From an uncultured Spirochaetota bacterium (GTDB lineage: Bacteria; Spirochaetota; Spirochaetia; SZUA-6; Fen-1364), in assembly GCA_963734545.1 (NCBI GenBank), contig CAVTHO010000005.1, positions 32,001 to 96,000 on the forward strand: a stretch of 64,000 nt of DNA, read 5' to 3'. Both the position numbers and the translations under genes were made by a program. This document shows positions 55,679 through 64,000 of this stretch, piece after piece. Positions within the stretch are counted from its first letter, which is position 1, and every line of letters starts with the position of its first letter. The notes beneath the pieces are model-generated. The model worked only from the letters and a program-made list of their open reading frames with translations, made no database searches and had not been told where the DNA came from.

Positions 55679-57198
55679 GCGCGGAAGCGCCCCGCGCAAG
55701 CGGAATCCTCCTGCATCCCACGTGCCTGCCGGGGCCATATGGAATCGGAGACCTGGGCCCCGCGGCGTACCAGTTCCTCGATTCCCTCGCGTCCGCCGGA
55801 CAATCGCTCTGGCAGGTCCTTCCCCTGGGGCCGACGGGGTTCGGGGATTCTCCTTACGCCTGCTTCTCGTCATTCGCCGGCAACCCGCTGCTCGTGAGCA
55901 TCGATATTCTTCGGGAGTGGGGCCTCATCCTGCCGGAGGACCTTCACCCTCTTCCCCGATTTTCCGATGCGCGCGTGGACTATGGCGCGGTGATCAAGTG
56001 GAAGATGCCGCTCCTGCGTCAGGCCGCGTCGCGGTTCCTTCGCTCGGCGGACGGACCGCACCGGGAAAAGTTCGAAGCCTTTCGCAGGGAAGAATCCTGG
56101 TGGCTCGAGGACTATTGCGTCTTCATGGCGGTCAAGCAGGTGCACGAGGGGGCATGGAACCAGGCGTGGGAAAGGCAGATCGCCCTGCGAGTCCCCGCTG
56201 CCCTGGCCCGGTTCGCACGTGAGCGCGTGGATGCCATAGCGGTCGAGGCGGTCGTCCAGTACTTCTTCTTTTCGCAGTGGGATTCCCTGCACGCGGCAGC
56301 GGCGGGCAAGGGCATCCGGGTCATCGGCGACCTTCCGATTTTCGCGGCACCGGACAGTGCGGACGTGTGGACGAACCGGGCGCTCTTCCTCCTCGATTCC
56401 GACGGAAGACCGACCGCCGTGTCCGGGGTGCCACCGGACTATTTCGCAGTGACAGGCCAGCTCTGGGGTAACCCCCTCTACAACTGGGATGCCCTGGAGA
56501 ACCAGGGCTTTCGATTCTGGATCCAGCGGATCCGGGCCGCCCGTCGGCTGTTCGATTTCGTGCGCATCGATCACTTTCGCGGGTTCGATGCCTGCTGGTC
56601 CGTGCCGGCCGGAGCGCCTACGGCGGAGAACGGCCGGTGGGTGAAGGTGCCGGGCGCGCGCCTGTTCGAGGCCATGGAACGGGAACTGGGCGCCCTGCCG
56701 ATCATCGCGGAGGATCTGGGCCTGATCACGCCGGAGGTGCGCGCGCTTCGGGAAAGATTCGGGTTCCCCGGCATGCGCGTCCTGCAGTTCGCGTTCGACA
56801 GCCGGGAGGCAGGGGTCTTGAGCGCGGACAATCCATTCCTTCCCCACAACCACGCGCCGGACTCCGTCGTCTACACGGGCACCCATGACAATGACACGAC
56901 CCGTGGATGGTACGCCACCCGGACGCCGCAGGAACGGGCGTACCTGGATGAGTATGCGCCGCTCGGCGAGCCTGACGTGGAATGGCGTCTCATCCGGATG
57001 GCCCTCGCATCCGTGTGCCGCTTCGCCGTGATCCCGCTTCAAGACGTGCGGGGTCTCGGCACCGAGGCACGGATGAACACGCCGGGCACACGCAGTGAAC
57101 GCAACTGGTCCTGGAGGGTCGGCGAGACCGGCCTCGATGAAGCATCGGCGGCCAGGCTGCGCTCTCTCTCCGTGCTCTACGGCCGCGCCCGGTCCTGA
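55675..57198 (+). CDS. malQ: 4-alpha-glucanotransferase (amylomaltase, GH77)
   Basis: RASGILLHPT, WQVLPLGP, GDLPIF, RIDHFRG, IAEDLG and YTGTHDNDT motifs. Confidence 0.95.
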   Translation: MSAEAPRASGILLHPTCLPGPYGIGDLGPAAYQFLDSLASAGQSLWQVLPLGPTGFGDSPYACFSSFAGNPLLVSIDILREWGLILPEDLHPLPRFSDARVDYGAVIKWKMPLLRQAASRFLRSADGPHREKFEAFRREESWWLEDYCVFMAVKQVHEGAWNQAWERQIALRVPAALARFARERVDAIAVEAVVQYFFFSQWDSLHAAAAGKGIRVIGDLPIFAAPDSADVWTNRALFLLDSDGRPTAVSGVPPDYFAVTGQLWGNPLYNWDALENQGFRFWIQRIRAARRLFDFVRIDHFRGFDACWSVPAGAPTAENGRWVKVPGARLFEAMERELGALPIIAEDLGLITPEVRALRERFGFPGMRVLQFAFDSREAGVLSADNPFLPHNHAPDSVVYTGTHDNDTTRGWYATRTPQERAYLDEYAPLGEPDVEWRLIRMALASVCRFAVIPLQDVRGLGTEARMNTPGTRSERNWSWRVGETGLDEASAARLRSLSVLYGRARS

Positions 57199-57303
57199 AC
57201 TGCCTGGATGATCGAACGGGCACTGCACGCGTCGGCGTTTACTTCTTGCCTTCGATGCGGCAGCCCTCATAAAATCGAATCCTGAGAAAAAGGAGAATGC
57301 CCC

Positions 57304-59145
57304 GTGCAGCCGCGAGGATCCATCGCCGCGAGATTCGCGCGCATCCAGAGTGCCTTCAGAAAAGACGGATTCTCGGTGCGGCATCTCCCTCATGCAGAGG
57401 GGCGCGGACAGATGGCCGGGTGCTGGCTGAAGGACGGACGAATGGGCGTGGCCGCCGAACACCCAGGTGCCGGCAGGCCCAAAAGAGCCTACTACCTGGA
57501 AGGGAGCCCCCGGGTAATGGGCTGGCTGCTCGGTGCCATGGCGGAAGGGGATATTTCGCGCATGGCGAACGAATACGTGCAGAACGTGACGTTCGCGTAC
57601 TTCGACAGCGCGGCAGCTTCCCGCGGCGGCGTGCTTGCACCCTTGAAGGAGCTGATGGTCCGTCTCATCGCCGAGGCTTCCCAGGTGATGCTCCCGGACA
57701 TTCCGCCTGCCTATATCGAGGAGATTGACGGCATCGTGGAGGGATGCAGGTCGGTCAACCCCTGGACTCTGGTGCGCCGCGAGAACCTCCTGGCTCTCAA
57801 TCTCGGGTTCGACTACCTGCTCGCCCACATCTACTCGGGAAAGCCTTTTGCGGAAAGAGGATACAATCCGAGACTCCTCAAGACCCCCCTGGGATGCAAC
57901 GCTTTTTCCCTGTCCGGTGCCGCGGCGGGCGGCAAACATTTTTTCGGCCGGGATTTCATGTTCCCCACCGCGGACGTGCTGCAGGATACGGCGTGCCTGA
58001 TCATCCATCGGCCCGACGAGGCCGCGGGACGCTCGCCGCTGGCTTTTGTCAGCCAGACCGCTCCCGGCATCGTGGGGTCAATGACGGGATTGAACGCGAA
58101 AGGCGTGGCCATGGGCGTGGACATGCTTCCGATCCGATTCTGCAATCCGGATCGGCCGGGCTTCAATTCCCTTCTTCTTGTCCGGGATTGCCTGCAATCG
58201 TGCAGCTCGGCAGAGGAGGTGGTTCGTCACGTCACCGAAGCCCCGCGCGGTGTTCCCTGGCTGTATCCGGTTGCCGACGCCCGCGGCGGCGCATACGTCA
58301 TTGAAGCCGGCCCTCGTCTTTCTCCGGGGGAAGAGTTTCCATACGCCACCTACGTCCCCCGGTATTACCGCGGACGTCTTCCGCGGCGGCACTATATCGA
58401 GATGGTGCGGCGCAAGTACGGCACGCCATTGCCGGACAGAGGGCTCTTCGCGCGCAGCCGTGACTACCGGTTTCCACAGGAATACATCGAGGACTGGAAC
58501 GAGCAGCTCTGGCATGCCTTTGATCGAAGCTGGCTTCTCAAGCTTGCGGACGCCTCGGTCGCTGTCATGGAGAGCATTGCGGATGCTTTCAAGCCAAAGA
58601 CCGGCAACCTCTGGAGAATGCTGGGCGGCGAAATAGAAAAGCTCAACCAGGGTTCCGCCGCCTGCTCCCCGTCCTACTTCATGGAGCGCGGCTACATCAA
58701 CGCGACGTGGACGGACAGCAACTGCCCGGGACCCTTTTACTTCGCCCCCCAGCGTGAAGACCGGTCCGACGTGCTCGTGGCAACGAATCACTGCATCTCG
58801 CCCGAGATGAGGCTCGCCGGCATGAACGAATGGACGGCAATCCTTACCGGCGGCACCTTGAACGACATGCAATGGCGGTACGATGAGCTCAACCGCGAGA
58901 TCCTCGATGCCCTCGAGGCCGCCCCTTCCGGGATCGATGAGAAGGTTGCCTGGCAGCTCATCGACTTCCTCAGGCCGAACGGGAAGTTCCCCGCGTACTA
59001 CAATCCGGGCGGCACCCGTGACTGGCGCGAGGTGCAGGTGCACGGCAGCGTGAGCCTCTGTGAGCTCACCGGAAGGACATTGACCAGCCTGTTCGGCTAC
59101 TACGGGGACGCGCCGGTCACCATTCGCCTGGGCGCCTACGTGTAA
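57304..59145 (+). CDS. C45-family Ntn hydrolase (autoproteolytic acyltransferase/peptidase-like)
   Basis: EEIDGIVEG prosegment, LG-CNAFS cleavage site and nucleophile, FGRDF, GLNAKGVAMG and ATNH motifs. Confidence 0.7.
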   Translation: MQPRGSIAARFARIQSAFRKDGFSVRHLPHAEGRGQMAGCWLKDGRMGVAAEHPGAGRPKRAYYLEGSPRVMGWLLGAMAEGDISRMANEYVQNVTFAYFDSAAASRGGVLAPLKELMVRLIAEASQVMLPDIPPAYIEEIDGIVEGCRSVNPWTLVRRENLLALNLGFDYLLAHIYSGKPFAERGYNPRLLKTPLGCNAFSLSGAAAGGKHFFGRDFMFPTADVLQDTACLIIHRPDEAAGRSPLAFVSQTAPGIVGSMTGLNAKGVAMGVDMLPIRFCNPDRPGFNSLLLVRDCLQSCSSAEEVVRHVTEAPRGVPWLYPVADARGGAYVIEAGPRLSPGEEFPYATYVPRYYRGRLPRRHYIEMVRRKYGTPLPDRGLFARSRDYRFPQEYIEDWNEQLWHAFDRSWLLKLADASVAVMESIADAFKPKTGNLWRMLGGEIEKLNQGSAACSPSYFMERGYINATWTDSNCPGPFYFAPQREDRSDVLVATNHCISPEMRLAGMNEWTAILTGGTLNDMQWRYDELNREILDALEAAPSGIDEKVAWQLIDFLRPNGKFPAYYNPGGTRDWREVQVHGSVSLCELTGRTLTSLFGYYGDAPVTIRLGAYV

Positions 59146-59154
59146 AAGGCGGCC

Positions 59155-59976
59155 CTAGCGCGCTCCCTTCAGAGCTTCAGCCGCCAGAATCACGGCGCTG
59201 ACGTGAATCGAGGCGCCGGAGATGGCGTCCGTGGTTCCGTCTGCCTTCAGGGGAATTCTGGCAGGGTCCTGGACCTTCAGGATCGCGGCCTGCACAGCGG
59301 CGGCCTGCACGTTCCACTCGCCTTTCTTGGCTGCCTTCGCCATCCCATAGCGCCCTTCCTGCGCCTCGACGAGCTTGGACTTCAGCTTGGGAGACTTGTT
59401 GGTGCCGTTCCAGAGCACATCCACGATGGTGCCGTTGACTACCGTGATGAGCACCGAATCCTTCCAGCCGGTCTGCTTGTCGAAATCCGCCTGCTCCTTG
59501 AAGAACCAGCCGTCCTTCTTGTAGATGCCTTTCGCCACCGGGCCCGCGGCAAGCGCCTTGTTGACCAGGTCGTAGAAAGTCTTGACGTGGAGTGAGGCCC
59601 CTGATATCGCGTCAGTTGTTCCGTCCTGCTTGAACTTGTCGAATGCCGGGTTCTGGGACTTCAGCAGATAGGCTTCCACATTGGCGGCCTGCTGGTCCCA
59701 TTCAAGCCCTATCTTCGAAGCTTTCTTCATGCCGTACCCGCCGGCAGCGGCAACTGTCTTCCTGTCAGCGACGCCGAGATTGGAGACCCCGTTCCAGACG
59801 ACCTTTGTGATCTTGCCCCCGGCCACGGTCACGACCACCTGTTCCTTCCAGCCGCCCTGCGGCGCGAAACCGGGATCCTGGGCAAAGTAGACACCATTTG
59901 CGGCTTTGACCTGGCCGAACGCAATGCCGGCCATTGCGACAGCCAGGATCAGTGAAAGAGCCATCATGCGCTTCAT
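59155..59976 (-). CDS. Secreted protein with two FMN-binding (flavinylation) domains
   Basis: Signal peptide; internal duplication with two TDAISGAS motifs. Confidence 0.85.
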   Translation of the reverse strand: MKRMMALSLILAVAMAGIAFGQVKAANGVYFAQDPGFAPQGGWKEQVVVTVAGGKITKVVWNGVSNLGVADRKTVAAAGGYGMKKASKIGLEWDQQAANVEAYLLKSQNPAFDKFKQDGTTDAISGASLHVKTFYDLVNKALAAGPVAKGIYKKDGWFFKEQADFDKQTGWKDSVLITVVNGTIVDVLWNGTNKSPKLKSKLVEAQEGRYGMAKAAKKGEWNVQAAAVQAAILKVQDPARIPLKADGTTDAISGASIHVSAVILAAEALKGAR

Positions 59977-60068
59977 TGTATTCCTCCAGATTTCAAGAGC
60001 AGGTGACCCATATATAGGACCGCGTGTCGGCAGTTCATGTCAAGGGAGAATGGCCGGGGAGCCCGCAC

Positions 60069-61607
60069 TCAGCCTGCTGCGGCGAGCCTGCGCTCCACGA
60101 AAACTCCCGCAAGGGCGGCGCCAATCCATGCCAGCGCCGCGCAGATCAGCATGACCACCTTGAAGGTGTCCACAAAGGCAAGCCGTATTGCCATCTGGAC
60201 CTCTCCCGCCTTTTCAGGGGAGACCTCGGCCGGCACAGCGGCGGCCCCCAGACGGGGTGCCTCAGCGGAAAGCGCTGCGCGGGCCGTGTCGGCAATGTTG
60301 ATCGGCGTCGTGCGCGCCCTCAGGGAGTTTGAAAACAGAAAGAGCGCGGCGCCGCCCACGACTGCAATCGCCAGCACTCCCGCAGTCCGGGAGACTGCGT
60401 TGTTGATGCCCGAGGCGGTGCCCGCGAAATGGGTAGCCACCGAGCTCATGACCGCTGTGCTGAGCGGCGCGACCGTGATTCCCATGCCGACTCCCAGCAG
60501 GACCACACCGGGGAAGAATGTCACCCAGTAGTGTGAGGGACCATCGGAAAGGCCGCTGAACGCCATGAAGAGGAACGCGGCCCCCGCAATTGCCGGCCCG
60601 ACAATGAGGGGCAGGCGGGGTCCTGCCTTGTCCACCAGTCCCCCTGCCCAGCGCGAAAGCGCCATCAGTATCAGCGCAAACGGGGTGAACGCAAAGCCCG
60701 CGGCGGCCATGCTGTAGCTCTGCGCCTGGATGAGATCCAGGGAGAGGAAGAACGTGCCGGCGCTCAGCGCGCCGTACAGTCCGAAGGTGAGAAGGTTCGT
60801 TCCGCTGAAAGTGCGCGAAGAGAAGAGCGTCAGCGGGATCATCGGGTGAGCGCTGCGCGCCTCCACGACGACAAAGACGGCCATCCCGACGACTCCCACG
60901 ACGAGTGACGCAAGCACGCGCGTGCTCCCGAAGCCGAGATCCGGCGCGGAGATGAACGCGTAGGTGAGCCCGGCAAGGCCGACCGCGAGCAGAGCGGCGC
61001 CGGCGAAATCGATACGCCCATCGGAACGCTCGTTGCGGCTTTCCGGGACCTTCAATAGTACAACGGCGAGGGCGGCCACGCCGATGGGAAGGTTGATCAG
61101 GAAGACGCCGCGCCACAGCCCGGCGCCGGAAAGCACGCCGCCAAGGACGGGCCCGGCAACCACAACAATCGTGGTGACTGCGGACCACGTTCCGATGGCC
61201 CGTCCCCGCTTCGTAGGATCGAAAAAGGCGCTGATGATGGCGAGACTGCCCGGTATCATGAGCGCGCTCCCGATTCCCTGCGCGAGCCTCGCGCCGATCA
61301 GGAACTGAACGCTCGGTGCGACGCCGCACACGAGGGAGGCTGTCATGAACAACCCGATGCCGATCGCAAAGACCCTCTTCCTGCCCAGAAGGTCGCCGAG
61401 GGAGCCCCCGATCGGGATCAGGGCAGCGAGCATCAGGAGGTAGGCATTCACGACCCAGAGAAGCTGCACGCCGTTCGCGCGCAGCCCCGTCTGCAGCGCG
61501 GGAAGCGCCACGTTCAGGGCTGTGCCGTCGATGAATGCCATGCTGGAGGCAAGAATAGTCGACGCGAGGACCCACGGACCGGGGTTCGATCGGATAGCGG
61601 CTGTCAT
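60069..61607 (-). CDS. MFS transporter, DHA2 (EmrB/QacA) family
   Basis: MAFIDGTALNVALP, GSLGDLLGRKR and WRGVFLINLPIG motifs. Confidence 0.92.
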   Translation of the reverse strand: MTAAIRSNPGPWVLASTILASSMAFIDGTALNVALPALQTGLRANGVQLLWVVNAYLLMLAALIPIGGSLGDLLGRKRVFAIGIGLFMTASLVCGVAPSVQFLIGARLAQGIGSALMIPGSLAIISAFFDPTKRGRAIGTWSAVTTIVVVAGPVLGGVLSGAGLWRGVFLINLPIGVAALAVVLLKVPESRNERSDGRIDFAGAALLAVGLAGLTYAFISAPDLGFGSTRVLASLVVGVVGMAVFVVVEARSAHPMIPLTLFSSRTFSGTNLLTFGLYGALSAGTFFLSLDLIQAQSYSMAAAGFAFTPFALILMALSRWAGGLVDKAGPRLPLIVGPAIAGAAFLFMAFSGLSDGPSHYWVTFFPGVVLLGVGMGITVAPLSTAVMSSVATHFAGTASGINNAVSRTAGVLAIAVVGGAALFLFSNSLRARTTPINIADTARAALSAEAPRLGAAAVPAEVSPEKAGEVQMAIRLAFVDTFKVVMLICAALAWIGAALAGVFVERRLAAAG

Positions 61608-61691
61608 ATATATGAAAGTACTGGAGCCTCGATTTCCCGGTCAATGAAAAACCGCTGTCGCCGGCCGCCGCCGCACCAGACGGGCGGGAGA

Positions 61692-63066
61692 CTACTTGTG
61701 GGCTTTTTCCTCGGTATTCTTGAGCCGCTCCTCGACGACCTTCTTCACCTGCGCGTCGAAATCGGGGTAACGGACGCGCAGGGCGTCGAAGTCGGACTTC
61801 GACAGCTTGTACACGTCGCAGTAGGTGAGGGCGCGGATGCTCGCCATTGCGGTTCTCTCCCTGGATGAGGGCTGTCTCGCCGAAGGGCGAGCCCTGGCCG
61901 AGCTGGGCGACGCGCGGCGCCTCCCACGAGCACCTCCACGTCCCCCTCGACAGGAAATACATGCAGTCGCCGAATTCGCCCTGGCGGATGATGTAGTCAT
62001 CCGGCAGAAACACCATGGGCTGAAGGAGCTGCACGATTTCGCGGATGAAGATCTCGTTCGCGTTCTTGAAGAGGGACACCTTCTGGAGGATCTTCTGGTT
62101 CATGAAGAGCAGGATCTCCATGGAGAGGGTGTGGGGAAGCTCCTCCGTGATGGATACCGACGAGATGCTCTTGCGCGTCTCCCACAGGTACGCGTAGTAG
62201 TCGCGCACCCGCTTCTGCAGCGGGCCGGGCACTCGCTTGGTGCGCAGGAAGTCGTTGATCTCCTCCATCTTCGTCCTGGTAGCTGGCGCGCGCGACGTCG
62301 AGGTTGGCGATGAGGGTGGCCACGTTACCGATGATGTACCCGTACATACCCACGCCGAAAATCATCACGACGATGGTGTAGATGATCTGCGCGTTGCTGT
62401 CATGGCTGGGCGTGTAGTCCCCGTAGCCGATGGTGGCGATGGTGGTCACGCACCAGTACAACACCGCGCAGGTACTGGTCGAACGCGGGCCGGGCCCTTT
62501 CGCTGGCCCCGATGAGCACCCAGCCGCACGCCATGAGGTGGATGACGGTGACGAACCAGAAGGCAAAGGTCACCAGGCGCATGAGAGCGGGATTCACGCT
62601 CAGGCTCTCGCGGATGTCACGGAAGATGGCGCTCACCTTGCTGATCTTGGCCATCTTCAAGACCTTGGTGAACACGATGACGTCCAGGAGGCAGAGCTCT
62701 GGACGTCGTCGCGCTTGTCACGGCGCTGAAAGACAGGGAGAAGAGCGCAGTGAAAGGGATGGCGGCAATGACATCGACGCGAACCAGCCGCGCAGGTACT
62801 GCCGCGCAATGCTCCGCCTGTCCGCGTACAGAACGAGGCCTTTCTTGACTGCCTGGTTGAAGGTGTACGGAATGTCGAGAAGGTAGACTGCCGTGATCAG
62901 CCAGTACACCGTGTCGAGCTGAAGATAGCGGAATGTGAGGCGATAGGATGTGATGATCGTGCCGGCAAGGGCGGCAGAAGATGAGGAACGCGTTGTAGAC
63001 GACCTTTGCCGTGCCGTCATAGCGGAAAACGGGGATTGCGCGGAGAATTTTCCTTGCATCGAACAT
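61692..63066 (-). CDS. Cyclic-nucleotide-gated K+ channel, SthK-like, with several frameshifts in this assembly
   Basis: NPALMRL, HLMACGW, YWCVTTIATIGYGD filter, C-linker YYAYLWETRK, and CNBD FGETAL and ASIRALTYCD, spread over three frames. Confidence 0.88.
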
Positions 63067-63136
63067 CCACTTGAATAGTATAGTGACGGCGAAACCCGTT
63101 TCAAGAAAACCTGAGGCTCCAGAAGGATTGCACACC

Positions 63137-63988
63137 ATGAAACAGTTCTTATTGCGGACGGTCTTTCTTGTTATAGTGCTTGCCGGAAATGCGAGCACAG
63201 GTATGACTGAAAACATTATCCTGGCGGACTCTCCTGCCGCGGCCGACTGGAAAGAGCCGGCAGGGATGACACTCGTCTGGCAGGACGCGTTCAACGGCAC
63301 GGCGATCAACACCTCGGACTGGGGATACGAAACAGTCGAGACAGGATGGAGCCCGTCCTGGAACAAGGAGTGGCAACGCTACACGGACAACGCCACCGGC
63401 GGTCCCAACGCCTTTATCGAAGCCGGCAGCCTCGTCATCAAGGCCATGAAAACAAATGGCGGCGACGGCGGATATACCGCTGCCCGCATGGTCACGAAGG
63501 GGAAAAAGCATTGGAAACACGGTGTCATTGCCGCCAGGATGAAGCTCCCCTCCGGCCAGGGGATCTGGCCCGCCTTCTGGATGCTCCCTGAAAAGGGGAC
63601 CTGGCCCCGGGCGGGCGAGATCGACATCATGGAGCTGATCGGCGGCGGCCCGGGCCGCGACAACAGGATGTACGGGACACTCCACGGCCCGGGGTACTCC
63701 GGCGCCGGTGGCATCCAGGGAAGCTGCAGCCTTTCGAGCAGGAACTTCAGCGACGCGTACCATGTCTTCGAGATCAGATGGAGCACGGGAAGGATAGAAT
63801 GGTATGTCGATGGACAACTTTTCCACACGGTAACGAAAGGGATGGTCCCCGGCACCTGGCCGTTTGACGATGGCGATTTCTACATACTCTTCAATCTGGC
63901 CGTAGGCGGCTTATGGCCGGGATATCCTGATGCGGCGACGGTTTTCCCCCAGGTCATGTCGATCGACTGGGTGAGGGTGTACCAGTAG
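63137..63988 (+). CDS. Secreted GH16 beta-glucanase (laminarinase-like)
   Basis: Signal peptide; WNKEWQRY, GIWPAFWML, GEIDIME catalytic motif and NLAVGG.WPG. Confidence 0.92.
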   Translation: MKQFLLRTVFLVIVLAGNASTGMTENIILADSPAAADWKEPAGMTLVWQDAFNGTAINTSDWGYETVETGWSPSWNKEWQRYTDNATGGPNAFIEAGSLVIKAMKTNGGDGGYTAARMVTKGKKHWKHGVIAARMKLPSGQGIWPAFWMLPEKGTWPRAGEIDIMELIGGGPGRDNRMYGTLHGPGYSGAGGIQGSCSLSSRNFSDAYHVFEIRWSTGRIEWYVDGQLFHTVTKGMVPGTWPFDDGDFYILFNLAVGGLWPGYPDAATVFPQVMSIDWVRVYQ

Positions 63989-64000
63989 CTCAGATCACGA

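Noticed and set aside
60262-62268. 668-aa ORF suggesting a channel CNBD fused to a long extension over the MFS gene
   Set aside because: Frameshift read-through into an off-frame of the MFS gene; the channel's true stop is at 61692

Overview
High-GC bacterial chromosomal window, most likely from an anaerobic, saccharolytic, diderm organism. Spirochaetota is my inference, from the SthK-like channel, the double FMN-binding protein and the barrel/transglutaminase/TPR protein. About 55 genes are present. In order: the 3' part of an Ech [NiFe]-hydrogenase operon (echB-F), a PLD-family protein, a QueG-like Fe-S protein, an NHL lipoprotein paired with a barrel-transglutaminase-TPR protein, an IclR/sugar-ABC/DUF4867/Zn-dehydrogenase cluster, an SH3-M48 peptidase-CHASE2 cyclase operon, pstSCABB-phoU, a KimA-like permease, hsp20, a DD-carboxypeptidase, iscA, hisC/aminotransferase/uppP, gltA, an ECF sigma pair, a CDF transporter, pncA, pabABC, a B12-riboswitch-controlled TonB-dependent receptor with tonB, a maltodextrin locus (GH57, malEFG, LacI, malQ), a C45 hydrolase, an FMN-binding protein, an MFS pump, an SthK-like CNG channel and a GH16. 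I saw no rRNA, tRNA, CRISPR array, integrase or transposase. At least nine genes carry single-base indels, which most likely reflect long-read consensus errors. The strongest leads are: (1) EchC fused in frame to a GNAT domain inside the hydrogenase operon; (2) palindromic repeat elements inserted in frame into echF and pabB; (3) a four-hairpin, thermometer-like leader on hsp20; (4) the translationally coupled SH3-M48-CHASE2 cyclase module; (5) repeated leaderless promoter architecture. All calls come from reading the sequence by eye; no database searches were run.
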